Source: Opitutia bacterium
GTDB taxonomy: Bacteria > Verrucomicrobiota > Verrucomicrobiia > Opitutales > Seribacteraceae
DNA length: 64,000 bases
Assembly (NCBI GenBank): GCA_018645475.1
Contig: JABGWU010000370.1
Span: 502-64,501 of the forward strand
Direction of reading: 5' to 3'
Shown here: positions 20,673 through 31,780 of the stretch, piece after piece
Position numbering within the stretch: the stretch's first letter is position 1
How the letters are laid out: the number at the start of each line of letters is the position of its first letter
The notes under the pieces: generated by a model
The model's database searches: none
Told to the model about the DNA's origin: nothing
What the model saw: only the letters and a program-made list of their open reading frames with translations
Made by a program: the position numbers and the translations under genes

Positions 20673-21724
20673 GATGATTCTTCTTCATTATTTTGTGCGA
20701 GCACCGCTCCAACAGTTACCTCCACTTTTTCTAATATTGCCGCCGTTATTTCCGTCATTAGTGGTGAATCTTCTGCAAGAGATTGTTTGGCAGCTTCTCT
20801 TCCTTGTCCGATTAAATTTCCATTGTATGAAATCCATGCACCCTTTTTGGTTAATATTCCATGCTCAATTCCAAGGTCCAAGACTGACCCTGTCCTTGAT
20901 ATTCCTTCGTCGTACATGATATCAAATTCACAGGCTGTAAATGGTGGTGCAATTTTGTTTTTCACAATCTTTACTCGTGTACGATTTCCCGTTACGGTTC
21001 CATTAGATTCTTTTATTTGGCCTATTCTTCTTATATCCATCCTAATAGAACAAAAGAATTTCAATGCCCTTCCACCGGGTGTAGTTTCTGGACTTCCGAA
21101 CATTACGCCAATTTTTTCTCGAATCTGATTAGTAAATATGCAAACACAATTTGTTTTTGATATTGCTGCAGTCAATCTCCTCATAGCCTGACTCATCATT
21201 CTAGCTTGCAACCCTACAGTAGTATCCCCCATCTGGCCGTCAAGTTCTTGTCTAGATACTAAAGCCGCCACTGAGTCGAGTACAATGACATCAATTGCTC
21301 CCGACCGTATCAAAGTTTCAGTTATATTTAATGCATCTTCTCCGCTTTCTGGTTGTGAAACCATAAGATTATCCAAATCAACTCCAACTATTTTAGCATA
21401 TCTTGGGTCTAGTGCATGCTCCACATCAACAAATACTGCATTACCACCATTTCTTTGTGCTTCTGCTATAACACTGAGGCAAAATGTAGTTTTACCTGAT
21501 GATTCTGGACCATAAATTTCTACAATTCTTCCTCTAGGTAACCCTCCTGCTCCTAATGAAAGATCTACAGCGAGGGAACCGGTAGATATTACCGATACAT
21601 TCATCTTAGTTGCATCTCCCAGTCTCATTAATGCACCTTCTCCAAATTTCTTATTTATTCCTTGAAATGCTAATTCAAGATCAGGGTTATTGTCTTTCTT
21701 TTTATCTGATGTATTTTTTGCCAT
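20669..21724 (-). CDS. recA: Recombinase RecA
   Basis: GPESSGKTT; [10 protein letters not shown]; [14 protein letters not shown]. Confidence 0.99.
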   Translation of the reverse strand: MAKNTSDKKKDNNPDLELAFQGINKKFGEGALMRLGDATKMNVSVISTGSLAVDLSLGAGGLPRGRIVEIYGPESSGKTTFCLSVIAEAQRNGGNAVFVDVEHALDPRYAKIVGVDLDNLMVSQPESGEDALNITETLIRSGAIDVIVLDSVAALVSRQELDGQMGDTTVGLQARMMSQAMRRLTAAISKTNCVCIFTNQIREKIGVMFGSPETTPGGRALKFFCSIRMDIRRIGQIKESNGTVTGNRTRVKIVKNKIAPPFTACEFDIMYDEGISRTGSVLDLGIEHGILTKKGAWISYNGNLIGQGREAAKQSLAEDSPLMTEITAAILEKVEVTVGAVLAQNNEEESS

Positions 21725-21933
21725 ATTTTAAATTGATTAGATTCTTACAATGAATCTTGATTGGAGAGAATCAAGCTGTTTCCATTAAGAGTTACATTAA
21801 TTCTCTTATTCTATTTAATCTTAATCATAAAATGATTTTCACATCTTCTTATATTTCTTCTAAAAACAAATTTCAGATCCCTTATTTAAATAGGGTAGGG
21901 AGTGATTTATGATCTTATATTAAAAATCATAAT

Positions 21934-22575
21934 ATGAAATATACTTATATCATTTGGGATTGGAATGGAACAATTGTAGACGACGCACAATTGTGCGTCG
22001 ATATAGTCAACCAACATCTTACAAATTTCAAAATTAAAGAAGTTAGTTTAGATTATTACTTGAATAATTTTAGATTTCCAGTGAGTTCATATTACGATCA
22101 GGTTGGTCTTCCCACAGATCTTGAAAGCCTTAACAAAATTTCATCTGAATTTATAAATAAATATAGAAAATTGTATAAAGTTTGTAATATTCATAGTGGG
22201 GCTAATGCTTGTTTTGAAAAGTTAAGAAGTGTTGGAATTTATCAATCTGTACTATCTGCTAGTATGGAGTCTGATCTTTTATCATTTATTTTACATTTTA
22301 AACTAGATCACTATTTTGAAAATATATCCGGAGTTGGTGATTTTTTTGCTTCTGGTAAATCGAATATTTCACACGATCATTTAAAAAAATTAAATACCGA
22401 TAAATCAAAAGTGTTATTAATTGGGGATACACTGCATGATGCAGAAATCGCACAGAATCTTGAGATTGATTGTTTACTTTTCAGTGGTGGTCATAATTCT
22501 GTCGAGATATTAACAGAATCGGACTTTCCTATTGTAGGAACTTTTGATGAAATTTGTAATTATGTTCTCGATTGA
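21934..22575 (+). CDS. HAD-family hydrolase (phosphoglycolate phosphatase-like)
   Basis: IIWDWNGT motif I; IGDTLHD motif IV. Confidence 0.9.
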   Translation: MKYTYIIWDWNGTIVDDAQLCVDIVNQHLTNFKIKEVSLDYYLNNFRFPVSSYYDQVGLPTDLESLNKISSEFINKYRKLYKVCNIHSGANACFEKLRSVGIYQSVLSASMESDLLSFILHFKLDHYFENISGVGDFFASGKSNISHDHLKKLNTDKSKVLLIGDTLHDAEIAQNLEIDCLLFSGGHNSVEILTESDFPIVGTFDEICNYVLD

Positions 22576-22610
22576 CCATATGTGTCCATCCTGTACTGTT
22601 TCCTAACTTC

Positions 22611-23957
22611 ATGAATCGTGTATTTATTAAGACATATGGTTGTCAGATGAATGAGAGAGACTCCGAAGCTGTAGCTTGTAAGTTACAGGAAAGGGGTTAT
22701 GAAATCGTTAAAAATGAGGAAGTTGCCGATGTTGTATTGTTAAATACTTGTAGTGTTCGAGATCAAGCGGAACAAAAAGCGATTGGAAAGGCTGGACATT
22801 TATCTAAGCGAAAGCGTAAAAATCAAAAGTTTATTTTTGGTATTATGGGCTGTATGGCCCAGAACCGTGGCGAAGAATTGTTTGATTTGCTTCCCGATTT
22901 GGACCTCGTAGTCGGAACCCAAAAATTTCATCGTGTACCAGAATATTTAGATGAAATTACTGAAGAACATACTCTTAAACCGAAAAATATTTTCAATTTA
23001 GATACGGAAGAATTTTCTCAGGAAGAAATTCGAGAACATGTTTATACTCAAGTTGCTAAAGTGTCTGCATTTGTTTCGATAATGCAGGGCTGTAACATGA
23101 AATGCTCTTTTTGCATTGTTCCTAAAACGAGAGGAAAAGAAAGATATCGTAGCATTGATAGTATAGAGGTAGAGGTTCAGGATTTAGTTGATCGAGGTGT
23201 GCGTGAGATCACTTTATTAGGTCAAATAGTTAATGCATACGGTAGAGGTTCTATTCCTAGGAAGAATGGAAAATCTCCATTTGTTCAATTATTGGAAAGA
23301 CTTAATAAAATTGATGGTTTATATCGTATTCGATTTACCTCACCGCATCCTACTAGTTTTGGAGACGATTTAATAGAATGTTATAATAATTTATCTAAGC
23401 TTTGTGAGTATGCACATTTACCCATGCAAAGTGGATCTGATAAAATTTTGAAATTGATGAATCGTCCGTATTCAAGAATGCGTTTTTTAGAAATTACAAA
23501 AAAACTTCGTAATTCACATCCAGATATGAGGTTAAGCACCGATGTAATATTAGGTTTTCCTGGAGAAAATGAAGATGATTATGCATTAACAAAGTCAGCA
23601 TTTCAAGAAGCAGGCTTTGAGATGGCTTTCATTTTTAAATACAGCGAAAGATCGGGTACACCTGCGGTTAATTTTGTAGATTCTGTTCCGCAGGAGATAA
23701 AGGAAGAAAGGAATCAAAATTTACTCTCTTTGTTGAAAAATCAGTCATTTGTTGCAAATAAGCTCAGTATTAACCGCAGTTTTGAAGTTCTTGTTGAGGG
23801 TAAAGCTAAGCGGGGAGTAGATAAAATGGTTGGTCGAACAAGATGCAACCGAAGAGTTGTTTTTAAAGGAACAGAAAAAATGAATGGTGAACTATTGAAT
23901 ATTTTAATTAAAGATGTTACATCAACTACATTATTAGGAGATATTTCCGCCCAATGA
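22611..23957 (+). CDS. miaB: tRNA-2-methylthio-N6-dimethylallyladenosine synthase
   Basis: TYGCQMNERDS; NTCSVR; CNMKCSFC radical SAM motif; TRAM-like C-terminus. Confidence 0.96.
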   Translation: MNRVFIKTYGCQMNERDSEAVACKLQERGYEIVKNEEVADVVLLNTCSVRDQAEQKAIGKAGHLSKRKRKNQKFIFGIMGCMAQNRGEELFDLLPDLDLVVGTQKFHRVPEYLDEITEEHTLKPKNIFNLDTEEFSQEEIREHVYTQVAKVSAFVSIMQGCNMKCSFCIVPKTRGKERYRSIDSIEVEVQDLVDRGVREITLLGQIVNAYGRGSIPRKNGKSPFVQLLERLNKIDGLYRIRFTSPHPTSFGDDLIECYNNLSKLCEYAHLPMQSGSDKILKLMNRPYSRMRFLEITKKLRNSHPDMRLSTDVILGFPGENEDDYALTKSAFQEAGFEMAFIFKYSERSGTPAVNFVDSVPQEIKEERNQNLLSLLKNQSFVANKLSINRSFEVLVEGKAKRGVDKMVGRTRCNRRVVFKGTEKMNGELLNILIKDVTSTTLLGDISAQ

Positions 23958-24493
23958 ACTTATTCCATTTTACACTATCAACATCGGCCATCTTGGGGGT
24001 TGTTGGTTTATTTTTAACGCTTAAATCCAATAAAACGGAAAAATTTATTCGAGAATCATTAAGGTCCTCCAACACTTCTATTTTTCTTTTAGCTATAGGT
24101 TTATTTTGGTTTTTATTTCATCATGTTCAAAATCTAGGAGAAGCCGATTTTGGCGAATATAAATTTATAATTGGCTTAATCGGTGTATTTATTGCAGTTG
24201 CCTCATACTTTTTTATTAATGACTTTTTAGCAGTTCGTGCATTTTGTATCATTTTACTTTTCTATTCTAGGACAGTACTTGATTCTGCCTTTTTGCAAGA
24301 ACCTCAAGCTAGATTGTTCCTTGTTTCAATTATTTATTTATTAGTAGTATGTGCACTTTATTTTGGGGCGTGGCCATATCGTATGAGGGATTTTCTTAAT
24401 TGGTTATATGGCAATTCAAAACGTGCAACTTCCTTGGGAGTATCATTAATATTATATTCGATTATCTTGGGTATTGTCGCTTTTAGTTATTAG
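23954..24493 (+). CDS. Hypothetical integral membrane protein
   Basis: About 6 hydrophobic segments; coupled between miaB and gmk. Confidence 0.75.
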   Translation: MNLFHFTLSTSAILGVVGLFLTLKSNKTEKFIRESLRSSNTSIFLLAIGLFWFLFHHVQNLGEADFGEYKFIIGLIGVFIAVASYFFINDFLAVRAFCIILLFYSRTVLDSAFLQEPQARLFLVSIIYLLVVCALYFGAWPYRMRDFLNWLYGNSKRATSLGVSLILYSIILGIVAFSY

Positions 24494-24500
24494 GAGCTCA

Positions 24501-25094
24501 ATGAAAGGGATTGCTTTGGTTATTTCAGGGCCTGCTGGTGTGGGTAAAACAACCTTATGTGATCGGCTGTTATTCGATTTTACTCCGTTATTATCCCGTG
24601 TTATTACAGTAACTACAAGGAAACCAAGAAGTGATGAAGTTAATGGAAAGGATTACATTTTTATGTCCAATACAGAATTTGAAGATTTAAAAAATAAAAA
24701 TTCATTTCTTGAATTTGCAAAAATTCATAATAATCAGTATGGAAGTCTCAACCATTCAGTTCAACAACTTCTAGAAAAAAACCACGATGTTCTTCTTAAT
24801 ATTGATGTACAAGGTGCAGCATCACTTAAGAAATTAGAATCAAATGTAGCTTATCTAAGAGAACGAATTTTAAGCGTATTCATTATGCCAGAAAAAATAA
24901 CTGATCTAAGAACGAGATTAGAAAAAAGAGGACAAGACTCATCAGAGGAAATTGAACGACGATTAATAACTGCAGAAAATGAAATTATGCTTCATAAGCA
25001 ATTTGATCATGTTATCTACTCAAAATCAAAAGACGAAGACTATACATCCTTATTGAATATTTATAGGAAACATTCAAAGTTACTCGAAATGTAA
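24501..25094 (+). CDS. gmk: Guanylate kinase
   Basis: SGPAGVGKTT; TTRKPRSDEVNGKDY; IDVQGA. Confidence 0.96.
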   Translation: MKGIALVISGPAGVGKTTLCDRLLFDFTPLLSRVITVTTRKPRSDEVNGKDYIFMSNTEFEDLKNKNSFLEFAKIHNNQYGSLNHSVQQLLEKNHDVLLNIDVQGAASLKKLESNVAYLRERILSVFIMPEKITDLRTRLEKRGQDSSEEIERRLITAENEIMLHKQFDHVIYSKSKDEDYTSLLNIYRKHSKLLEM

Positions 25095-25097
25095 CTT

Positions 25098-26603
25098 TTA
25101 CGATTCCTCTTCAGGGCGATCTGGATTTAACCAATCAATATGATAGAATTTACCCCTTTCTTCATCCGTTCTTTCGTAGGTATGTGCTCCAAAATAGTCT
25201 CTTTGAGCTTGCAGAAGGTTTTGGGGAAGCCTTTCTGATCTGTACCCATCATAGTAGGATAGGGCAGAACCAAAAGTTGGAATTGAAATTCCGTTTTTAA
25301 CGGCAAGACTAATTACTTCTCTCCAGTTGGATTGATATTTATTTATACATTCCTTAAAGTAATCATCCAAAAGTAAATTGGCTAGAGTAGGATTTTTATT
25401 ATAAGCTTCCGTAATTTTCTGCAAAAAAGCGGCTCTAATTATACATCCACCTCGCCAAATTTTAGCAATTTCACCAAAATTCAAAGTCCAACCGTATTCA
25501 GATTGAGCTTCTCTCATAAGTTGGAAGCCTTGGGCGTAAGAACAAATTTTTGAGCAGTAAAGAGCATCGCGAATCGCAGATATTAAGTTTTCCTTTTCAA
25601 TGCTGTTTATTTTGGGTATTGGTCCTGAAAGAATTTTTGCTGCTGCTATCCTCTCTTCCTTAACGGCACTAAGGCATCTAGCGAAAACTGCTTCAGAAAC
25701 AGTTGGAGCTGGCACACCCATATCAAGTGCATTAACAGATGTCCATTTCCCTGTACCTTTTTGACCTGCAGCATCTAAAACGATATCAACGAAAGGTTTT
25801 TTAGTGCGAGGGTCGTCTTGTTTGAGGATATCTCCGGTAATCTCAATTAAAAAAGAATCTAACTCTCCTTCATTCCAATTATTAAAAATATCTCCAATTT
25901 CAGATGGATGTAAACCGACAACAGAGGACATTAAATGATAAGCTTCGCAAATCATTTGCATATCACCATATTCAATTCCATTGTGGACCATTTTTACATA
26001 ATGACCTGCTCCATCATTACCAATATAAGCAGAACAAGGTTCGCCTCCTACTATGGGATTCCCTGGAGTTGCACCCTCAAGTGGTTTTCCATTCGAGGCA
26101 TCTACTTTTGCTGATATTGAATCCCATATTGGCTTAACTAAATTCCAAGCATCTTTAGATCCTCCAGGCATCAGTGATGGACCATACCTAGCTCCTTCTT
26201 CTCCACCACTGACTCCAGAACCGAGAAAAAATAAATCCTCCTGTTTAAGTGTTTTTTCTCTTCTTATGGTGTCTGTCCATTTTGCGTTTCCTCCATCAAT
26301 GATAATGTCACCTTTATCAAGTAGAGGAATTAAAGAATCTATAACTGCGTCAGTTGGATTTCCAGCCTGAACCATGATTATAATTTTCTTGGGTCTTTCT
26401 AATGAATCAACGAAGGATTTTAGATCCTCATATCCGGTCAAATTGATGACCTCAGACCCGGTTTTCTCAAGAAAATTCTCCGTTTTGGAATATGTTCTGT
26501 TAAAAACGGATATTTTATAACCATGGTCCGCTATGTTAAGGGCCAAGTTTTGTCCCATTACTGCTAGTCCTATGAGGCCAATATTAGATGTCGATTCTGT
26601 CAT
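25098..26603 (-). CDS. gnd: 6-phosphogluconate dehydrogenase (NADP+, decarboxylating)
   Basis: GLAVMGQN; VSGGEEGA; [10 protein letters not shown]; [10 protein letters not shown]. Confidence 0.98.
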   Translation of the reverse strand: MTESTSNIGLIGLAVMGQNLALNIADHGYKISVFNRTYSKTENFLEKTGSEVINLTGYEDLKSFVDSLERPKKIIIMVQAGNPTDAVIDSLIPLLDKGDIIIDGGNAKWTDTIRREKTLKQEDLFFLGSGVSGGEEGARYGPSLMPGGSKDAWNLVKPIWDSISAKVDASNGKPLEGATPGNPIVGGEPCSAYIGNDGAGHYVKMVHNGIEYGDMQMICEAYHLMSSVVGLHPSEIGDIFNNWNEGELDSFLIEITGDILKQDDPRTKKPFVDIVLDAAGQKGTGKWTSVNALDMGVPAPTVSEAVFARCLSAVKEERIAAAKILSGPIPKINSIEKENLISAIRDALYCSKICSYAQGFQLMREAQSEYGWTLNFGEIAKIWRGGCIIRAAFLQKITEAYNKNPTLANLLLDDYFKECINKYQSNWREVISLAVKNGISIPTFGSALSYYDGYRSERLPQNLLQAQRDYFGAHTYERTDEERGKFYHIDWLNPDRPEEES

Positions 26604-26678
26604 TGGATAAGTTTTATAGGCTCAAATAATTTATTCGCGAGAAAAAACATTTATAACCTAACCTAAATTAATTAAAAT

Positions 26679-28769
26679 TTAAATAGGAGATGCTACAGGA
26701 AATTTATCTTTAAATGGAAGAGGTTCTTCTTCAACCGCATTTGGGTTTGAAAAAATTCTTGTTGGATTTGTGTACAAAGGATTAATGTTAAATTTACGCA
26801 TTAAAAGAAGCATATCCTGGGAACTAGTTTGAATTGTTTTAACTGCCATTGTGCTATTCGCTTTAATAGCAGCTTCATCATTTGTTTTCTTAATAGCAGC
26901 TTTAACTGCTATTGATGATTTTAAATCTACTAAGTCTGCGACGCTTTCGTCATAACCCAATGCAAGAGATGCTCCCACTGTTGCCCCTTCCGAGGTTCCC
27001 TGATAAATTGCCTGCTTAATAATGAGTCCATCTTCTCCAGACTTTATCCCTCCTGTGATTGCTCCGTAAGTTGAACCATAACTAACCGCTTCAGCAGCTG
27101 AAATAGTTTCAAAATCGTAGGTTCTTTTGTCAGGCATTGCGTCTTTTTTTAGACCTACAATTTGAAAAAGAGCTCCGTGGGCAGCTCCATGTGCTAGGGC
27201 TCTAGCAATCTCAATTTCAAATTCTTCTGTGACCCCTTTAGGCTTATCAACCATAGATAAATTATCAGCTGTAATTCCACCAGAAGTTGCTCCTTGTGCA
27301 GATTTATTTATAATGGGTTGCATTATAGTCGGGTAGTAGACCGCTAAACCAGTATTGCCGATTAATGATCCAAGTGCCGAACCACTAGCAACATCAAGTA
27401 TTTCACGGCGGGTTGTTTTGGTATTTGTGTCGTCAATGTTCGGATCATTTTCAATATATTTACTCGCAGCGTTTATTGAACCATTTGCACTTCCTTTCGC
27501 AGTAGCCTTAGCAAGGGCATTTCTTGAATAAAGTTCCCATCCTTCTTCGTAGTCCCACGATTTATCAAGAACGCTAGCCAACTGTGCACCCATTGCCGCT
27601 CCAAAAGAAACTGATTCAGCTAGCCGATTTAATTCTAAACCATAACCTTGATCCAATGAAGACGAAATAACAGAAAATGCAATCTCTTGGGAGATTGATT
27701 CCGCCGCAGATTCAGGTAAAGACAAATCACGATTTTCCTCCTTATTGGAGGTGTTGTATACAGCACTTAGAGATAACCCAGTAGAAAGTGCTTTTGTCAC
27801 TTCATAAGCAAATAAACTATTATCTCCTTCAAGGGTAGAAATAAATTCAATTGCACCTTCCATCGTTCCAGAGCCAATCAATTTTGACGCACTTTGTATG
27901 CTTTCTTTTGAAAAAGTGCTTTGATTGTTAATAAATAATGCATCTGATAATCCTTTGGCAGCAAATTCGAGAAATTTGGTTTTTTCAGGGTCAAATTTCA
28001 TGAAATTAGGTGTGCCACCAAAAAGCATTTCCTCGTTTGGAACCGATCTAGAAATATCAACATTACTTATTCGGTTTGTAAAACCATTAGCTTTATCAGA
28101 AGATTCACTTAAAATTTTCAAAAGTGTTGAAACAGAGTTTTTTGCTAAAGTTTTTTGCAAAAGTGCAGAATCAGCGGCTAATTCAGATTCATTTATTGTT
28201 TCCATCAAAATTCGAGAAATATCTTTTGACCAAACCGGCACATTTCCGTTCCATGACTTTACTCTTGCGGGAATCAAACTAGAGTAAACTATTTCTGGAA
28301 GTTTACTGACAGCACTTTCTAAGTTTTCGTTATTAGCTTCGGAAGTTTTGAGATAAGCTATAATTGAAGATTTAATGCCAGATAAAATATCTGAATCTGT
28401 GAGATTGAAATTAGTTTTATTTAGAGCAAGGTAACTAATTGCATATTCTAATGCTTCCAATAGGTTTTCGTCATTGAAGGTGGAAAAAGTGTTTTGAAGA
28501 GAGATGGTTAAGGGCGTTATTTCAGAAAGTGCAGTTTGGTTCGAATCTACAGCATCTTGTATTGAGGTACTTGCTCCATTGCTAAGTCTTCTGTTGTTTT
28601 GATTAGATTTATCAATTTTCGATCTTGGAAATTCCTGGAGGTTGATCAGTAATGTTGATTCAACAAGGGTTTTATCAATATTAGCCGAAATATTAAAAGC
28701 TAATAAGCACATCGAAACTGAAATCAATGACAGTGAATGTGCGATCTTAAATGATAGTGGATTGGGCAT
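26679..28769 (-). CDS. Exported Ala/Gly-rich helical repeat protein of unknown function
   Basis: N-terminal signal-like segment; about 10 repeats of A..(S/A).G...GA; C-terminal PVASPI. Confidence 0.75.
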   Translation of the reverse strand: MPNPLSFKIAHSLSLISVSMCLLAFNISANIDKTLVESTLLINLQEFPRSKIDKSNQNNRRLSNGASTSIQDAVDSNQTALSEITPLTISLQNTFSTFNDENLLEALEYAISYLALNKTNFNLTDSDILSGIKSSIIAYLKTSEANNENLESAVSKLPEIVYSSLIPARVKSWNGNVPVWSKDISRILMETINESELAADSALLQKTLAKNSVSTLLKILSESSDKANGFTNRISNVDISRSVPNEEMLFGGTPNFMKFDPEKTKFLEFAAKGLSDALFINNQSTFSKESIQSASKLIGSGTMEGAIEFISTLEGDNSLFAYEVTKALSTGLSLSAVYNTSNKEENRDLSLPESAAESISQEIAFSVISSSLDQGYGLELNRLAESVSFGAAMGAQLASVLDKSWDYEEGWELYSRNALAKATAKGSANGSINAASKYIENDPNIDDTNTKTTRREILDVASGSALGSLIGNTGLAVYYPTIMQPIINKSAQGATSGGITADNLSMVDKPKGVTEEFEIEIARALAHGAAHGALFQIVGLKKDAMPDKRTYDFETISAAEAVSYGSTYGAITGGIKSGEDGLIIKQAIYQGTSEGATVGASLALGYDESVADLVDLKSSIAVKAAIKKTNDEAAIKANSTMAVKTIQTSSQDMLLLMRKFNINPLYTNPTRIFSNPNAVEEEPLPFKDKFPVASPI

Positions 28770-28823
28770 GTGAAGACGGAAGATTCACAAATCTACAATC
28801 AGAATCTTCAAAATTCAACACTA

Positions 28824-30419
28824 TTACGCCAATACCTTTTTTGGTGATACATATCCGTATTTTAACGCTAGTCCAACAAGAGTTGAAAATAGCATCAGGC
28901 ATGCCGGTGTTTGGCTAGGGAAATCACCAAACGAATAAATTAAAAAAATAATAGCTCCAAATAGGCCAAATTTAGAAAGTAGGGAGTTAGTTTTAAAGAA
29001 CTGAATGAAAATAAAATATAAATATGGACAAACAATCAATAAACCAACCAATCCAAATTCAGATATTTTTTCAAGCCAATCATTATGAGCAGTACCTACC
29101 AGAGGAGTATATTTTTGGTGTGCTGCCTTGAGTCCAATTCTTCTCATGTTTCTTACTTCAAGGGATTGATAGATTGGGTTGATAGTTTTGTATGAATTAA
29201 ACCCAAAACCATATACAGGTCGGCTTTGAATTTGTTCTAATAAATCCTTCCATAACAACATTCTGAGAGGTAGTTTCCCGTTAGATATTTCATCGTATTG
29301 AGCTTTGAAGTTGCTCGTCATTTCATTGATCGTTTCTTCATTTATTTTACTGACAAAACTATACAATACAAAAGCTCCCATAAATATGCTAAAAGAAAAA
29401 ATACATAATAATTTTAATGAAAAAATGCTGAAAAAGGATAAGGTCATAAATGAAAGTAAAATGAATGAAAGAATCATTAAAATTGTACCTGAACGTGAAC
29501 CTGATAGGGGAATTGAGATAACGATGGAGAGCACGGATAGAAACAAGAGAAGGTTTGAGGTTTTTTTAGTAAATGATTTTCCATACCTTCTATAACTATC
29601 AACTAGAAGTCCTAAGCTTGTACATAATCCCATTAGTGCAAAAGCAGACCAATGATTTTTGTAAGTGAAACTGGAAAAAAAATATCGAGGTTCAGGAGTA
29701 TTCCATATACCGAATATTTCTAATTGTTCATCAGAAGGTGCATAATTTAATTTTTGAAAAACACCTACGATTGCAAGAACACCAATATTAATAGAAATAA
29801 TTAAAAAGATATTTCTTATAATTTTTCTGTTATTAATGCATAAGAATAGTATAATTCCTATTAATGTTTGAGAAATTTTATTAATAAATTCAATTAATAA
29901 ACCTTTGTTGCTCAATGCTGATGATGGAATCAACCTATTTGCTTTTAGTTGAATAATTTTATCGTATTCAAGAATCAATTTAGCCATCGGGCCTTTGTGA
30001 TTAGGATATTTATCAAAAAAACGTTTTTTAAAGTCCCAAAAGATCGCATGAGCAAGTTCTGGTTTCTTCTTAGATAAAATCTTAATATCTTTAAAGATTT
30101 CAGAAACCATAATTATTTTCTCAATGTCAGTTTCGTGAGTAAAATATTTATCAATATTCAATTTTGCCCACCCAGAATTGTTAATGACTGTAAATGACGG
30201 ATTTGTGTAAGAAAGCGAAAATAGTAAACAAATAAGGGCTATCGGCAAAATCAGGAGAAGACGAAGACGAATATTTTCTTTGCTAACAAATAAGAATAGC
30301 AATGAAGCGAGGATAAATAAATTAATTGTGTAAAGAATCCAATTGCCCGCTAACCCTGCCTTTGCCCAAGAAACAACTACGAGCAAAACAATAAGCACTT
30401 TTGTAGTTAATTTATTCAA
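28824..30419 (-). CDS. O-antigen ligase / Wzy_C family glycosyltransferase
   Basis: Multi-TM; FTYKNH; SGSRSG; R..LW...P..GFG; AHNDWLE..SEFG. Confidence 0.85.
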   Translation of the reverse strand: MNKLTTKVLIVLLVVVSWAKAGLAGNWILYTINLFILASLLFLFVSKENIRLRLLLILPIALICLLFSLSYTNPSFTVINNSGWAKLNIDKYFTHETDIEKIIMVSEIFKDIKILSKKKPELAHAIFWDFKKRFFDKYPNHKGPMAKLILEYDKIIQLKANRLIPSSALSNKGLLIEFINKISQTLIGIILFLCINNRKIIRNIFLIISINIGVLAIVGVFQKLNYAPSDEQLEIFGIWNTPEPRYFFSSFTYKNHWSAFALMGLCTSLGLLVDSYRRYGKSFTKKTSNLLLFLSVLSIVISIPLSGSRSGTILMILSFILLSFMTLSFFSIFSLKLLCIFSFSIFMGAFVLYSFVSKINEETINEMTSNFKAQYDEISNGKLPLRMLLWKDLLEQIQSRPVYGFGFNSYKTINPIYQSLEVRNMRRIGLKAAHQKYTPLVGTAHNDWLEKISEFGLVGLLIVCPYLYFIFIQFFKTNSLLSKFGLFGAIIFLIYSFGDFPSQTPACLMLFSTLVGLALKYGYVSPKKVLA

Positions 30420-30507
30420 AAGTTCTAAATGGATTTACAAAAAAAATTCAAAATATGAATATATTGACAATATGACAATATTTGATTCAGATAGATAATT
30501 TTACAAA

Positions 30508-31776
30508 GTGAAACTACTTCGTATTTCTAAGATTTTTAATAATACCTTTTTATTATTTTCATTTCTAGGCATTTCTTGCATTCCTGCTAACGCTTTGGTT
30601 GAAGGAAGACTAGGCAATGTAGATGCTTCAATTACACTACGCGGAGAATATGATTCTCGTGTATTTGGAATTTCTTCCGCTTCTTTTCAGGGAGCGAAAT
30701 CATCAAGTAGTTCGCTGATAGTAGCAGACGAGCTTAAAAGTGAAGACGATTTTATAATTAGCTTTTCTCCGGCCTTGCATTTTTCGAAAAAATTAAAATG
30801 GTTTTCATTCTCTGGAACTGCTGGAGTAAATTTAGTTCAATATATTAAAAACAAAGATAAAAGCTACACACAACCTATTACGACATTTTCTATTGATTTT
30901 GATGAAACTTTATCAAAAAATAAAAGAGTTTCCAATAATGCCAAAATTCGTTTCGACGCCACCTTTGATTTAGGGCAAAGTGTGGGTGCTAGCATTCTAG
31001 AGCAAGATCTTATCTCGTACACTTATTTCGTAGCTGGTGCTAATGTACGATATAATCATAGCCCAAAGTTCGGTGTTGGGGGAGGTACATCCTACAATTT
31101 AAAACATTATCAAAGTGGTTCGACCCAAACCCGAGTTTATCAGGATATTTCTACTCTACCACTTTCTGCACAAGCTTATTATATTTATTCAGAGAAATTG
31201 GATTTCTACACGGACTATACCTTCTCGAGGACGAAGGATGATCAAAGAGGTTCAGCTACTTTAACTGATAGTAGCTCTCACTCCATATCCTTTGGTGCAC
31301 AAGGAGACTATTCATCTAAACTATCTGGAAACGCTAAACTTGGATATTCTGTTCAAAATTTTGACAATGAATTTGTCTCAAAACAAGATAATTTAATTAC
31401 TTCAATTGGTGTGAATTGGAAATTAAATTCTAAAACATCATTTGGGTTTAATCTAGATCGATCGTTCTCTCCATCAGCACAAGGTTTTTCTACATTTAGC
31501 ACAATGGGTCGTGCTAGTGCAAATCATCGTTTATTGGAAGATCTTAGTGCACAGGTCTATCTTTCTGCAGGTAATGTTAAATATACCTATCCGCCTTCTG
31601 GCTCTACTGCTAGAGATTCTTCATCATTAAATCAATATGGTTTAGGGTTCAATTTGATGAAACAATTTTCTAATAGAATTTCAGCAACTACTGGCTATGA
31701 CTACTCATTTGTTGATCGTTCGATGGAAAATTACGGTAGGCATGTGTTGCATGCAGATATAACCGGCAGATTTTAA
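30508..31776 (+). CDS. Outer-membrane beta-barrel associated with exopolysaccharide export
   Basis: Signal peptide, alternating beta strands, C-terminal Phe (ITGRF); directly upstream of wza/wzc-like genes. Confidence 0.8.
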   Translation: MKLLRISKIFNNTFLLFSFLGISCIPANALVEGRLGNVDASITLRGEYDSRVFGISSASFQGAKSSSSSLIVADELKSEDDFIISFSPALHFSKKLKWFSFSGTAGVNLVQYIKNKDKSYTQPITTFSIDFDETLSKNKRVSNNAKIRFDATFDLGQSVGASILEQDLISYTYFVAGANVRYNHSPKFGVGGGTSYNLKHYQSGSTQTRVYQDISTLPLSAQAYYIYSEKLDFYTDYTFSRTKDDQRGSATLTDSSSHSISFGAQGDYSSKLSGNAKLGYSVQNFDNEFVSKQDNLITSIGVNWKLNSKTSFGFNLDRSFSPSAQGFSTFSTMGRASANHRLLEDLSAQVYLSAGNVKYTYPPSGSTARDSSSLNQYGLGFNLMKQFSNRISATTGYDYSFVDRSMENYGRHVLHADITGRF

Positions 31777-31780
31777 ATTT

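Noticed and set aside
30465-30482. Tandem TGACAATA(T) repeat in the divergent promoter of the polysaccharide locus
   Set aside because: Only two short copies in AT-rich DNA that overlap a plausible -35 box; not enough to call an operator.
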